This document shows positions 46,864 through 59,606 of a stretch of DNA of 64,000 nucleotides, one piece after another. Each line of letters begins with the position of its first letter. Within the stretch, counting starts at the first letter, position 1. Below the pieces are notes generated by a model. The model ran no database searches and was not told where the DNA came from. It was given only the letters and a program-made list of their open reading frames with translations. The position numbers and the translations under genes are program-made. Origin of the DNA: an uncultured Pseudomonadota bacterium (GTDB lineage: Bacteria; Pseudomonadota; Gammaproteobacteria; Burkholderiales; SG8-39); assembly GCA_903834835.1 (NCBI GenBank), contig CAILKO010000052.1:90-64089 (forward strand). Direction: 5' to 3'.

Positions 46864-47658
46864 ATGCAGATCACGGCACGCCCCCCGAAGGAAATCATCG
46901 ACATGCAGCTGCGCGGCTGGCGCAACCTGGTCTGGGGCTATTACGGCAAGCTGATCGAACTCTACGACGGCCCGCAAGGCTTTCTGGTGGACCTGCCCGA
47001 ACCCGGCGCGACGGTGGAGCCGCATTTCCATGACGTGGACCAGTTCCAGGTCATCGTGCGCGGCGAGGGGCGCTTCGGCAAGGACCGCGTGAGCGAGTTC
47101 TGCTTCCATTACGCGGATGCCTACACGCCCTACGGCCCGATCGTCGGGCCAGCCGAGGGCATCTCCTTTTTCACGCTGCGCGGCGCCTGCGCAGGTGGCC
47201 ATTTCTCGATGCCCGGTTCGCGCCACCTGATGAAAACGCGCGCCGGGCGCAACACGGGCGGGCGCTTCGTGGTGAACCAGCCGCTGCCCCCGGCCGGCGA
47301 GACGCGCCGCGAAGTGCTGCTTGCCGATGCGCGCGACGGCATGCAGGCCGTGGGACTCGCCCTCGGACCGGGCGCGCAGGCCGAGGGACTCGCCGTGGAT
47401 GCGGGCGCGCAGTACTACGTGGTCTGCACCGGCACGCTTGCCCACGAAGGCCGCGACTACGGCCGGCTGTCGCTCGTCTATGTCGAACCGGGCGAGGCCA
47501 CGCCGGTATTTCGGGCCGGGCCGCAGGGCGCGGAAGTCCTCGCGCTGCAACTGCCGCGCGCGTCCGAACGCATCGGCTCCAGGCCCGAACCGATTGCCGA
47601 GCGCACGGGCACGAACTACACGCTGCCGGAAGGCACCGTCGTGCAGCGTACCCAGTGA
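46864..47658 (+). CDS. Cupin-like hypothetical protein
   Basis: [23 protein letters not shown] resembles cupin motif 1. AGGAG RBS. Confidence 0.65.
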   Translation: MQITARPPKEIIDMQLRGWRNLVWGYYGKLIELYDGPQGFLVDLPEPGATVEPHFHDVDQFQVIVRGEGRFGKDRVSEFCFHYADAYTPYGPIVGPAEGISFFTLRGACAGGHFSMPGSRHLMKTRAGRNTGGRFVVNQPLPPAGETRREVLLADARDGMQAVGLALGPGAQAEGLAVDAGAQYYVVCTGTLAHEGRDYGRLSLVYVEPGEATPVFRAGPQGAEVLALQLPRASERIGSRPEPIAERTGTNYTLPEGTVVQRTQ

Positions 47659-47692
47659 CCGGGGCCGGCACCGACACGACAGACAGGAAACG

Positions 47693-50107
<2,415 letters not shown>

Positions 50108-50194
50108 ACTGCGGCCCGGGCGACCCGTCACCCGGACGATCTTGCGGCGTGCCCGGAGAGCACCCGATCCAAATTAGAGGAGAACCAGCACATC

Positions 50195-50281
50195 ATGCGC
50201 AACATCGATTCCGACGCCCACCGCATCGCAGGGCGCCTGCGACACCTGGACGAACACGGCTGCAACGGGTTCGCGTCATGA
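50195..50281 (+). pseudogene. 28-aa micro-ORF, probable internally deleted amidohydrolase remnant
   Basis: Strong AGAGGAG RBS; reads MRNIDSDAH...RLRHLDEHG; ATGA overlap with the SDR gene. Confidence 0.45.
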
Positions 50282-51054
50282 ACGCCCTCTTCGCTCTGGA
50301 GGGAAAACGGGCGCTCGTGGCGGGCGGCGGACTCGGCATCGGCCGCGCGAGCGCGCGCCTGCTCGCGCAGTGCGGTGCGGCGGTGGCGGTCGCGGATCTG
50401 GACGGCGCACGCGCGAACGAAACGGCCGCAGAACTGCGCGCCGCCGGCGGTATCGCCACCGGCATCGCGGCCGACCTGCGCGAAGCGGCACAGGCCGAGC
50501 GCGTGGTCGCCGAGGCCGTGCAGGGACTCGGCGGTCTCGACATTCTCGTCAACATCATCGGCCAGACGGGCGAGCGCGGCGCGCTCGCCGACATGCCGCC
50601 CGAGCGTCTGGAGAACGCGCTCTCGGTGAACCTGCGCCATCACGTCTACACCTGTGCGGCCTTCATCCGCCATCTGCGGGCCGCGAAATCCGGCGGCGCG
50701 ATCGTGATGACGGGCTCGCTCGCGGGGGTGCTCGGCGCGCCGGGACTCGCGTCCTACGGCGCCTCCAAGGCGGCGCTCATCTCGCTCACGCGTACGCTCG
50801 CCGTCGAGTGCGGCCCGCTCGGCATCCGCGTGAACTGCGTCGTGCCCGGCATGATCAACACCGACCGCAGCCGCAAACGCCCCGAAGTCGTGGAGAAGGC
50901 GCGCGCCGTGATTCCGCTCGGCCGCGTGGGCGAGCAGGAGGAAGTCGCGAAGGCAATCCTCTTCCTCGCCTCGGATCTCGCAAGCTATGTCTCCGGCCAG
51001 ATTCTGGTCACCGACGGCGGGCAGACGGTGCTCGGGGCCTTCGACAACCTCTGA
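50278..51054 (+). CDS. SDR family oxidoreductase
   Basis: GGGLGIG, DILVN, YGASK and IRVNCVVPG. Confidence 0.92.
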   Translation: MNALFALEGKRALVAGGGLGIGRASARLLAQCGAAVAVADLDGARANETAAELRAAGGIATGIAADLREAAQAERVVAEAVQGLGGLDILVNIIGQTGERGALADMPPERLENALSVNLRHHVYTCAAFIRHLRAAKSGGAIVMTGSLAGVLGAPGLASYGASKAALISLTRTLAVECGPLGIRVNCVVPGMINTDRSRKRPEVVEKARAVIPLGRVGEQEEVAKAILFLASDLASYVSGQILVTDGGQTVLGAFDNL

Positions 51055-51125
51055 CACTTTCCTTCGCCTCTTCTGCTGCCTTGGCGCCATTGCATCGACT
51101 GAACGCCTCCACCCACGGGAACCCC

Positions 51126-52106
51126 ATGCACACCATTAAAGCGGTCTACCACCCGAACCCGAGACTTCTCCCCATGACCGAAGGCGCGGTCGGTGTCGAG
51201 GGCTATCGCATCGATCTCAGTTTCGGCGGCGCGGCCGAGATGCATGGCCGCCATCTGAAGGAAAACGCCTTCGACGTGTTCGAGTTCTCGATCTCCAACC
51301 TGTTCATCACCAAGGACATGCCCGAGCGCGCGCACCTGCGCTGGCAGGCGATCCCCATCCACCTGATGCGCTGCGACTTCTTCTACGACCTGCACGTGCA
51401 CCAGGGCTCGGGCATCCGCAGCTTCGCCGATCTGAAGGGCAAGACGGTCGGGATCCCCGACTTCCAGATGACCGCCGGGGTGTGGCTGCGCATCATCCTG
51501 CGCAAGCTCTACGGCATCCAGGCGCAGGATATTTCGTGGGTGAACGGCCGTCCGGCGAGCCAGACCCATGGCGAGGGTGTCGCGCAGGATCTCGCGCCCG
51601 GCATCCGGCTGCGCCGCCTGCAGGAGCACGAGCGCCTCGACGACCTGCTGCACCGGGGCGAGATAGACGCCGCGTTCGCGGATGCGATCAGCTGCCGCCT
51701 CACGACGGGCAACGGCGTCGAGCGCGTGCCGCTCGCGGTGACGCGCCAGATGTGCGCCGAGCTCTACGCGAAGACGGGTCTGCGCCCCGTGAACCACGTG
51801 CTGCTTATCCAGCAGGCGCTCGCCGATGCCCACCCCGCGCTGCCGATGCAGCTCTTTGACGCGATGGAGAAGTCCAAGCAGATCGCCTACCGGCGCATGC
51901 GCGAGAGCGCCGATACCTTCCTCATGTTCCCCGAGCTCTACCTCGCCGACAACGAAGCCGCGTTCGGCGCCGATCCCTATCCTTCCGGTCTGAAGGCGAA
52001 CCGCCCGGTCATCGAGGCGATCCGCGAGGAACTGCTGCTCGAACGCCTGATCCGCAATCCGGTGGGCATCGACGGCCTGTTCCACCCGTCCACGCTGGGA
52101 ACCTGA
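51126..52106 (+). CDS. 4,5-dihydroxyphthalate decarboxylase-like / PBP2-fold protein
   Basis: FDVFEFSIS, DLKGKTVGIPDFQMTAGVW, GEIDAA, PVNHVL and DPYPSGLKANR. Confidence 0.72.
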   Translation: MHTIKAVYHPNPRLLPMTEGAVGVEGYRIDLSFGGAAEMHGRHLKENAFDVFEFSISNLFITKDMPERAHLRWQAIPIHLMRCDFFYDLHVHQGSGIRSFADLKGKTVGIPDFQMTAGVWLRIILRKLYGIQAQDISWVNGRPASQTHGEGVAQDLAPGIRLRRLQEHERLDDLLHRGEIDAAFADAISCRLTTGNGVERVPLAVTRQMCAELYAKTGLRPVNHVLLIQQALADAHPALPMQLFDAMEKSKQIAYRRMRESADTFLMFPELYLADNEAAFGADPYPSGLKANRPVIEAIREELLLERLIRNPVGIDGLFHPSTLGT

Positions 52107-52153
52107 AAAGCGGCGCGAGCGCGCGCATGCCCGCGCCCGGCTATCATTGGCGC

Positions 52154-52999
52154 ATGCCCACTAGCACACCTCCCGCCGCGCCGCGCCGCGCCTACAAGCT
52201 GGATGCCCACGACACCCTGCGCGGGCTGGGCGAGCTCGGCAGCGGCGTGATGAACGAGGCCACCGGCTGGTGGCGGGCGCTGCTGTTCAGCGCGAACCTG
52301 CTCGTCACCGGCCTCTCGCCGTCCGCCTACGATGCGCGCGCCCGCACGGTGGCTGCGCAGCAGATCCGCTTCTCCGCCTGGCAGGTTCTGGGCAGTTTCA
52401 CGCTCGCCTGCGCGCTGCTCTCCTATGTCCTCGTGCGGATCACGATCCGCGCCGCGGCCGACTATGGCGTCGCCGAATACGCCCAGCAGCTCGTCATGAG
52501 CGTGCTCGTGCTGGAACTCGTGCCGCTTGCAGCGGCGCTCTTCGTCGCTCTGCGTTCGGGCGCCGCGATTGCGACCGAGGTTGCCATGTTCCATATCGGC
52601 GGCGAGCTCGACCGGCTGGTCGAGGACGGGGCGGACCCGCTGCGCCACGAGCTCATGCCGCGCGTGATGGGCACCATGGTCGCGGTGATGGCGCTCGCCT
52701 TCGCGAACGGCGCGCTCGCGATGGCGATGCTCTACGTGGAGTCCTACGGTTTCTCGCCCTGGGGCGCGCAGGAATTCCTGCGCACCAGCGGCGCGGTCTA
52801 CGGCCCGGCTGTCGTGTTCGGTTGCGTGCTGAAGACGCTGCTGTTCGGCGCAGCGGTCGCGGCCATCCCGATCAGCGAGGCGCTCGCCGCACCGCGCGAC
52901 ATGCGCCAAGTGCCGGTGGCGGTGCTGCGCGCGATGGTGCGCGTCATGCTCGCGATCGCGCTGATCGAGGGTCTGTTCCTGGCGGCCATCTATGCCTGA
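52154..52999 (+). CDS. MlaE-family ABC permease
   Basis: ELVPLAAALFVALRSGAAIATEV...GEL..L...GADP...PR. Confidence 0.85.
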   Translation: MPTSTPPAAPRRAYKLDAHDTLRGLGELGSGVMNEATGWWRALLFSANLLVTGLSPSAYDARARTVAAQQIRFSAWQVLGSFTLACALLSYVLVRITIRAAADYGVAEYAQQLVMSVLVLELVPLAAALFVALRSGAAIATEVAMFHIGGELDRLVEDGADPLRHELMPRVMGTMVAVMALAFANGALAMAMLYVESYGFSPWGAQEFLRTSGAVYGPAVVFGCVLKTLLFGAAVAAIPISEALAAPRDMRQVPVAVLRAMVRVMLAIALIEGLFLAAIYA

Positions 53000-53990
53000 T
53001 CCGGCGCAGGCGATCGACGAGGCGCGCGGCAGCACATTCAGGGCGAAGCTGCTGCTCGCGCTGCTCGTGCTGCTGATCGGCGGATTCATCGGCTATGTGA
53101 TGCTTGCGCGCGGCGTGTTCGAGTCGACGCAGAAGCTCGTGCTGATGGTGGAGAACGCCGAAGGTCTCTCGGTCGGTGCGGATCTCACCTACTCGGGCTT
53201 CGCGATCGGCCGGGTGCAGAAGATCGAGCTCGCCTCCGACGGGCGGGCGCGCGCCGAGGTGTCGGTGCCGAAGAGTCAGGCGCACTGGCTCACGGCGACG
53301 AGCGTGTTCACGCTCGAGCGCGGCCTGGTGGGCGCGGCGCGGCTGCGCGCCTTCACCGGCGATCGCAGCGCCCCGCCGCTGCCCGACGGGGCCGAGCGCA
53401 CCCTGCTGCGCGGCGATGCTGCCGAGGAAATCCCCATCGTGCTGAACGGCGTGAAAAGCATCGTGCAGAACATCGAGCGCATGACTTCGGCCGATTCCGA
53501 TATCAGCGCGAGCATCGCCGCGCTGCGCGCGCTCGGCGAGAAGATGAACGGTCGCAACGGCGTGGTCGGCGCCCTCGTGGGCGACCGGCGCAACGCCGAG
53601 AAGGTCATGGAGGCGATCGCGAACGCCAACCGGCTGCTCGATTCGCTGAACGGCCTGTCGCAGAAGCTCGGCGGCACGCTCTCCACCGCCGAGCAGGCAC
53701 TCAATCGCCTGGACCAGCGCCTGCTCAGCCCGGGGGGCGCCATGGACGAGGCGCAGAAGACGCTCGTCGAACTGAATGGCGCGATCGCCGAGGCGCGCAC
53801 GAGCCTCAGGCGCGTGGACGGCGTGCTCGCCGACGCTCAGAAGATTTCCGCCAACGCCGCCGTGGCAAGCCAGGACCTCGACCTGCTGCGCGCCGAGGTT
53901 GAAAACAACCTCAGGAAGATCGGGTCCCTCGTGAACGAGATCAATCGCAAGTGGCCGTTCGCGCGCGAGACGGAGACACCGCTGCCGTGA
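52992..53990 (+). CDS. MCE/MlaD-family protein
   Basis: N-terminal TM segment, MCE motif AEGLSVGADLTYSGFAIGRV and a long helical C-terminus. Confidence 0.85.
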   Translation: MPDPAQAIDEARGSTFRAKLLLALLVLLIGGFIGYVMLARGVFESTQKLVLMVENAEGLSVGADLTYSGFAIGRVQKIELASDGRARAEVSVPKSQAHWLTATSVFTLERGLVGAARLRAFTGDRSAPPLPDGAERTLLRGDAAEEIPIVLNGVKSIVQNIERMTSADSDISASIAALRALGEKMNGRNGVVGALVGDRRNAEKVMEAIANANRLLDSLNGLSQKLGGTLSTAEQALNRLDQRLLSPGGAMDEAQKTLVELNGAIAEARTSLRRVDGVLADAQKISANAAVASQDLDLLRAEVENNLRKIGSLVNEINRKWPFARETETPLP

Positions 53991-54643
53991 GACGCGCCGC
54001 CCTGCCCGGCTGTCTGATCGTCGCCTGCCTCCAGTTCGCCGGTTGCGCGGCTACGCCGCCGGCCGACTGGCAGCTCGGCGCGCGCGACGGCCTTGCGAGC
54101 TACCAGAGCGCCTACTTCGGCGGCAGTTCGCGCGCCGCGGCGGGTGCGCTGCAACTCGCCCGACGGGAGCTCTCCGCAACCGGCAGACCGGCGCTCGTCG
54201 CCCATGCCGAACTCTATGCCTGCGCGCTGCGCGTGGCCGCGCTCGATTTCGACGAGTGCCCGGGCTTCCTCGCGCTCGCGGCCGATGCGGCGCCCGCTGA
54301 ACGCGACTATGCGCGCTACCTCGCCGGCGACTGGCGGGACCTGCAAACCGCGGCACTGCCTGGCACGGCGCAGGCCGCGATCCAGGGCGGCAGCGCGGCG
54401 CTTGCCGGCATCGCCGACCCGGTGTCGCGCCTGGTCGCCGCCGGCGCGCTGCTGCGCGCAGGGCGCATGACGCCCGAGGGCATCACCCTCGCCATCGACA
54501 CCGCCTCGGCCCGGGGCTGGCGCCGGCCGCTCCTCGCCTGGCTCGGCGTGGCCCTCGCGCGCGCCGAAGCCGCCGGCGACGGACCAGCGGCCGCGCAACT
54601 GAAACGTCGCATCGCACTGGCCGCCGAATCCGCATTGCAATGA
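53987..54643 (+). CDS. Putative lipoprotein
   Basis: Lipobox FAGC; GTG start overlapping the MCE stop. Confidence 0.72.
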   Translation: MRRAALPGCLIVACLQFAGCAATPPADWQLGARDGLASYQSAYFGGSSRAAAGALQLARRELSATGRPALVAHAELYACALRVAALDFDECPGFLALAADAAPAERDYARYLAGDWRDLQTAALPGTAQAAIQGGSAALAGIADPVSRLVAAGALLRAGRMTPEGITLAIDTASARGWRRPLLAWLGVALARAEAAGDGPAAAQLKRRIALAAESALQ

Positions 54644-54692
54644 ATCCATCACCACAGCTTGAACAGCCATGATCCAGGGGGGAGCAGCGCGC

Positions 54693-55664
54693 GTGGAACT
54701 GACAATGAACGAATTCATGGTGCCGGCGCAGGATGCCGGCATCGCGCTCTACCTGCGCAACAAGCACCCGCGCGGAACGGAGAATTTCGAGAGCACGAAG
54801 ATTCTGCTGATGGTTCACGGGGCCACCTACCCCGCCTCGACCAGCTACGACCTCGCGCTGAACGGCGTCTCGTGGATGGACCATGTCGCGCGCCAGGGCT
54901 ACGACGTCTATTGTCTGGACCTGCGCGGCTTCGGCCGCTCCACGCGCCCGCCCGAAATGTCGCAACCTGCGGCAGACAATCCGCCGGTCGTGCGCACCGA
55001 GACGGCGGCGCGCGATGTCGCGGCGGCAGTCGATTTCATCCTCGCGCGCCGCGGCGTGGCGAAGCTCAACCTGCTCGGCTGGTCCTGGGGTACCGCGGTG
55101 ACCGGGCTCTATGCCACGCGCCACAACGACAAGCTGGAGAAGCTCGTGCTGTACGCACCAGCCTGGGTGCGCACCGTGACCTCGCCGGTCGATCCGGGCT
55201 CGAAGCTCGGCGCCTATCGCATCGTCGAACGCGCGAGCGCTAAGAAGCGCTGGCTGAACGGGGTGGCCGAGGCACAGCAGGCCAGCCTGCTGCCCGCGGC
55301 CTGGTACCAGGCCTGGGAGGACGCAACCTTCGCGACCGACCCGGTGGGTGCGACGCTGACGCCGCCCGGATTGCGCGCGCCGAACGGCTCGGTGCAGGAC
55401 CTGCGCGAATACTGGCTCTCGGGCCGACCCGTGTACGAACCATCGGAAATACGCGTGCCGGTGCTCCTCACGCACGCAGAATGGGATGTGGACCTGCCGA
55501 GCGCGCTGATGCACGCGTACTTCGCGCAGCTCGTCAATGCGCCCTACCGGCGCAGCGTCGAGATCGGCGAAGGCACCCACATGGTGATGCTGGAGAAGAA
55601 CCGCATGCAGCTCTTCCAGGCGGTGCAGCAGTTCCTGGACGAGCGCTATACCCCGGAATCCTGA
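54693..55664 (+). CDS. Alpha/beta hydrolase
   Basis: VHGA, LDLRGFGRS, GWSWG nucleophile elbow and GTH. Confidence 0.87.
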   Translation: MELTMNEFMVPAQDAGIALYLRNKHPRGTENFESTKILLMVHGATYPASTSYDLALNGVSWMDHVARQGYDVYCLDLRGFGRSTRPPEMSQPAADNPPVVRTETAARDVAAAVDFILARRGVAKLNLLGWSWGTAVTGLYATRHNDKLEKLVLYAPAWVRTVTSPVDPGSKLGAYRIVERASAKKRWLNGVAEAQQASLLPAAWYQAWEDATFATDPVGATLTPPGLRAPNGSVQDLREYWLSGRPVYEPSEIRVPVLLTHAEWDVDLPSALMHAYFAQLVNAPYRRSVEIGEGTHMVMLEKNRMQLFQAVQQFLDERYTPES

Positions 55665-55721
55665 GGCCGCAGCGCGGGCGGGAATTCCTGCCCCGCCCGC
55701 ACGGCACCCCTCGCTTCCAAC

Positions 55722-56228
55722 TCAGGCGTTGTTCAGGAAGTGCCGCTTGCCGATTTCCACGCCCATATGACGGACGATGTTGTAGGCCGTCGTCACGTGG
55801 AAGTAGAAGTTCGGCATCGAGCGGTTCTGCACCAGCTCAAGACCAGTGAAAGGAACTTCCTTGTCGCGCATTTTCACCATGATGGTCCTCGCCTCGGCCG
55901 CGTCGATGTCGGCCTGCTTCGCCGCGTTCACCGCCGCCAGCGCCTTGTCGACCCGGGCGATGAGATCCGCGAGACTCTTCTCGCTGCTGCCGAGGTCCAC
56001 AGGCTGCGTGCCCGAGAGCAGCGCGACGCAGTTCTTGGCGTGATCGGTGGCGATGCGCACCTGCATGGTGAAATCCAGCATGTCGGGGAAGAGGCGAAAC
56101 CCCAGCAGCGTGGTCTCGTCGTACTTCTTCTCGGCGTAGTGCGTCTGCGCAAGCTGCAGAACGGCCTTCAGGCCGCCCAGCTGGCGCGCGAATACGGGAA
56201 CGGAAATCTGGTACAGGGAAATCGACAT
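55722..56228 (-). CDS. DUF1993 family protein
   Basis: RLFPDM...QV and PNFYFHVTTAYNIVRHMGVEIGK. Confidence 0.85.
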   Translation of the reverse strand: MSISLYQISVPVFARQLGGLKAVLQLAQTHYAEKKYDETTLLGFRLFPDMLDFTMQVRIATDHAKNCVALLSGTQPVDLGSSEKSLADLIARVDKALAAVNAAKQADIDAAEARTIMVKMRDKEVPFTGLELVQNRSMPNFYFHVTTAYNIVRHMGVEIGKRHFLNNA

Positions 56229-56316
56229 CGTGGTTCCTCCTCGCTGAATGGGTCTGCCGGATCCGGCAGACCGGGGCGAAATTGAACCACAGATCCCAAG
56301 CCGGCAGCGCGCCCCG

Positions 56317-57135
56317 ATGAGCCATCCGCTGCTCACTGCCGAGACGCTCGGCGCGCTGCGCGAGGCCTTCGATACGGGCGCGCCGACCCTCGTCTGCTCG
56401 CTTGACCTGGAGCGCACGCGCGCCGCGGTGGCAGTCGATGCTGCGGGGTTCTCCTGGCAGGATCGCCGCTATCCCTGGCCTGAGGTGCTCCGCCCGCGCA
56501 CGGTGTATTACTGGACCGGCGCGGCTTTCGAGCCGATCGCGCGCTACGCCGGCGCGCTCATCAAGCTGGTCCCCACCGAGTGGGGCGCCCCCACCTTCGA
56601 GATCGACGGCATCAAGATGCTGCCCACCGCTAGCGTTTCGCCCTACGAAGACGCCAGGCGCAAGGTGGCCCTGATCCGGCCGCGTGGCAAACGGGTGCTC
56701 GACACCTGCGGCGGGCTGGGCTACTTCGCGGCCTGGTGCCTGGCGGGCGCCGTCGCGGAAGTTCTGTCCTTCGAAAAGAGCGCGGAGGTGCTCTGGCTGC
56801 GCACGCTGAACCCCTGGTCACCGCCTCCCGATGTGCGCCTGAGCCTGAAGCACGCCGACGTAGCGGCGGAAATCCGTGCGCTGCCCGAGGGTTCCGTGGA
56901 CGCGATCCTGCACGACCCTCCGCGCTTCGGGATCGCCGGGGAACTCTATTCGCAGGCTTTCTACGATCAACTCGCTCGCGTGCTGAAGCGCCGAGGAACG
57001 CTGTTTCACTACACCGGCACACCGAACAGACTCACTAGCGGGCGCGATGTTCCGCAGGAAGTCGCCACCCGTTTGAAGCGCGCGGGTTTCGACACGAGTC
57101 CGCGGGGCGACGGGCTGCTCGCAATCCGGCGCTAG
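56317..57135 (+). CDS. SAM-dependent methyltransferase
   Basis: Motif I VLDTCGGLGY and DAILHDPPRF. Confidence 0.85.
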   Translation: MSHPLLTAETLGALREAFDTGAPTLVCSLDLERTRAAVAVDAAGFSWQDRRYPWPEVLRPRTVYYWTGAAFEPIARYAGALIKLVPTEWGAPTFEIDGIKMLPTASVSPYEDARRKVALIRPRGKRVLDTCGGLGYFAAWCLAGAVAEVLSFEKSAEVLWLRTLNPWSPPPDVRLSLKHADVAAEIRALPEGSVDAILHDPPRFGIAGELYSQAFYDQLARVLKRRGTLFHYTGTPNRLTSGRDVPQEVATRLKRAGFDTSPRGDGLLAIRR

Positions 57136-57204
57136 GCTGGCCGATTCGCTCCCGGCACCGGGTTTCCTCATCGGGCCTGTCCGGTTCTATGCCCCTGCAG
57201 TCCG

Positions 57205-57270
57205 GGCGAGGCCCGATCATCCGGTCCCGGCGAGGCCCGATCATCCGGTCCCGGCGAGGCCCGATCATCC
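57205..57270. repeat. 24-bp tandem repeat (GGCGAGGCCCGATCATCCGGTCCC) x2.75
   Basis: Exact copies start at 57205 and 57229; a partial copy at 57253 includes the recQ stop codon. Confidence 0.92.
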
Positions 57271-59079
57271 AGCCAGCAAGCCGAGGATCGCCTCGCCGTA
57301 GCGCTCGAGTTTCTTCTGCCCGATGCCGTCCAGCGTGCCGAGCGCCTCGAGGGTATCCGGCCGCAGCGCCGCGATCGCGGCCAGCGTGCGGTCATGGAAA
57401 ATCACATACGCGGGCACGCCCTGACTGCGCGCTTCGCCGCCGCGCCAGGCCTTCAGCGCGTCGAGCAGCGCGGCATCGGCAGCGGGCAGATCCGTCGCCG
57501 GGCCGCGGCGCTTCGTGCCTGAACGCTTCTTCTGCGCAACGCGGCGCAGCTCCACGCCGGTTTCGCCCTTCAGCACCGGGCGGCTCGCCTCGGTAAGTGT
57601 GAGCGCCCCATAGGCCTCGTGGTCGGGCCGCAGGAAACCGAGCGCGGTCAGCTGGCGGAACACGCTGCGCCATTCGGAGTCATCGAGGTCCGCGCCGATG
57701 CCGAATACCGAGAGCTGGTCGTGGTTCCAGCTTTTGACGCGGTCAGTCGCCTTGCCGCGCAGCACGTCGATGAGGTGCACCGCGCCGAAACGCTGGCCGG
57801 TGCGATAGACCGTGGAGAGCGCCTTCCTCGCCGCCTCGCCCGCGTCCCAGGTCTCGGGCGGCTCGAGGCAGGTATCGCAGTTGCCGCAGGGCGTGCTCGT
57901 CTCGCCGAAGTAATCGAGCAGACGCACGCGACGGCAACCCGCGGTCTCGCACAGGCCGAGCAGCGCATCGAGCTTGGCGACCGACACGCGCTTGTAGTCC
58001 TCGCTGCCCTCGGACTGATCGATCATGCGGCGCTGCTGCACGACATCGCCCAGGCCGTAGCTCATCCAGGCATCGGCCGGCTCGCCGTCGCGACCGGCGC
58101 GCCCGGTCTCCTGGTAATAGCCCTCGATGCTTTTCGGCAGATCGAGGTGAGCGACGAAACGTACTTCGGCCTTGTCGATGCCCATGCCGAAGGCGATGGT
58201 CGCCACCATCACGATGCCCTCCTCGTCCTGGAAACGCGCCTGGTGGGCGCTGCGCGTTTCCGCGTCCAGACCGGCGTGATAGGGGAGCGCCTTGATCCCC
58301 TGTGCGGCCAGAAAGGCCGCGGTTTCGTCCACCTTGCGGCGCGACAGGCAGTACACGATGCCGGTGTGGCCGTAGTGCGCGCCGCGGATGAAGGCGAGCA
58401 GCTGCGCGCGCGGCTCGGCCTTGTCGACGATGGTGTAGCGGATGTTCGGCCGGTCGAAGCTCGACACGAACACGCGCGCCTCATCGAGCGCGAGCCGCGC
58501 GATGATCTCGGCGCGCGTCTGGGGATCGGCGGTCGCGGTGAGCGCGATGCGCGGCACCTGCGGGAAGCGCTCGTGCAGGATGGAGAGCTGCAGATACTCG
58601 GGGCGGAAGTCGTGCCCCCACTGCGACACGCAGTGCGCCTCGTCGATGGCGAAGAGCGCAAGCTCGGCCTCCTCGAGGAGGGACAGCATGCGCGGCATCA
58701 CCAGCCGCTCGGGCGCCACGTAGAGAAGATCGAGCCCCCCCGCGGCGAAGCTGCGTTCCACCGCAGCGGCCGCGCGCCCGTCTAGCGAGGAATTGAGAAA
58801 GGCGGCACGCACGCCAAGCTGCTCGAGCGCCGTGACCTGGTCGCGCATCAGTGCGATGAGCGGCGAGACCACGAGCGCCGTGCCCGGGCGCAGCAGCGCG
58901 GGCAGCTGATAGCAGAGCGACTTGCCCCCGCCCGTGGGCATGAGGACCAGCGCGTCGCCCCCGGAGACGAGGTGCGAGACGATCGCCTCCTGAGGCCCGC
59001 GGAAGGCAGGATGGCCGAAGGTGCCGCGCAACAGCTCGAGCGCGCCGCCCGCGGCGGCGGATGGTCCCTGCATCGCCAT
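57265..59079 (-). CDS. recQ: DNA helicase RecQ
   Basis: [39 protein letters not shown], Zn-binding CRR...CGNCDTC, RQC and HRDC domains. Confidence 0.96.
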   Translation of the reverse strand: MAMQGPSAAAGGALELLRGTFGHPAFRGPQEAIVSHLVSGGDALVLMPTGGGKSLCYQLPALLRPGTALVVSPLIALMRDQVTALEQLGVRAAFLNSSLDGRAAAAVERSFAAGGLDLLYVAPERLVMPRMLSLLEEAELALFAIDEAHCVSQWGHDFRPEYLQLSILHERFPQVPRIALTATADPQTRAEIIARLALDEARVFVSSFDRPNIRYTIVDKAEPRAQLLAFIRGAHYGHTGIVYCLSRRKVDETAAFLAAQGIKALPYHAGLDAETRSAHQARFQDEEGIVMVATIAFGMGIDKAEVRFVAHLDLPKSIEGYYQETGRAGRDGEPADAWMSYGLGDVVQQRRMIDQSEGSEDYKRVSVAKLDALLGLCETAGCRRVRLLDYFGETSTPCGNCDTCLEPPETWDAGEAARKALSTVYRTGQRFGAVHLIDVLRGKATDRVKSWNHDQLSVFGIGADLDDSEWRSVFRQLTALGFLRPDHEAYGALTLTEASRPVLKGETGVELRRVAQKKRSGTKRRGPATDLPAADAALLDALKAWRGGEARSQGVPAYVIFHDRTLAAIAALRPDTLEALGTLDGIGQKKLERYGEAILGLLAG

Positions 59080-59531
59080 CAGGCCGCGCCTGCGCGCGCG
59101 AGCAGGCGGTCGAGCTGTCCGGCGAAACGCTTGCGATCCGCCTGGCTGAAGGCGGACGGGCCGCCCGTCTGCACGCCGCTGCCGCGCAGTTCGTCCATGA
59201 AATCGCGCATCACCAGCCGCTCGCGTATCGTCTCCGGCGAGACGAGTTCGCCGCGGGGATCGAGCACCGTCACCCCCTTGGCGATCGCGTCCGCCGCAAG
59301 CGGGATGTCTGCCGTGATGACGAGATCACCCGGCTCGGCCTCGGCGACGATGCGGTTGTCGGCCACATCGAAACCGCGCGGCACCTGCAGCGCGCGGATA
59401 TAGATCGAGGGCGGCGTGCGCAGCGCCTGATTCGCGACCAGCGTCATGTGCACCTTCGCGCGCTCGGCCGCGCGGAACAGGATTTCCTTGATCGGCGCCG
59501 GGCAGGCGTCCGCATCGACCCAGATTTTCAT
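59079..59531 (-). CDS. yaiI: YaiI/YqxD family protein
   Basis: [15 protein letters not shown] and VITADIPLA. Confidence 0.92.
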   Translation of the reverse strand: MKIWVDADACPAPIKEILFRAAERAKVHMTLVANQALRTPPSIYIRALQVPRGFDVADNRIVAEAEPGDLVITADIPLAADAIAKGVTVLDPRGELVSPETIRERLVMRDFMDELRGSGVQTGGPSAFSQADRKRFAGQLDRLLARAGAA

Positions 59532-59584
59532 GACGCGAGTTTCGCACGCCGGGCGGGGAATCCCGCGGCCAGGGTCGAAGATAA

Positions 59585-59606
59585 ATAGTAACGCATATGT
59601 TACTAT
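59585..59606 (+). repeat. 22-bp palindromic site copy 6 (ATAGTAAC-GCATAT-GTTACTAT)
   Basis: Perfect arms. Its right end supplies the photolyase TAG stop, and it lies upstream of yaiI-recQ. Confidence 0.9.

Noticed and set aside
57205-57270. Possible mini-CRISPR
   Set aside because: The units are head-to-tail with no unique spacers.
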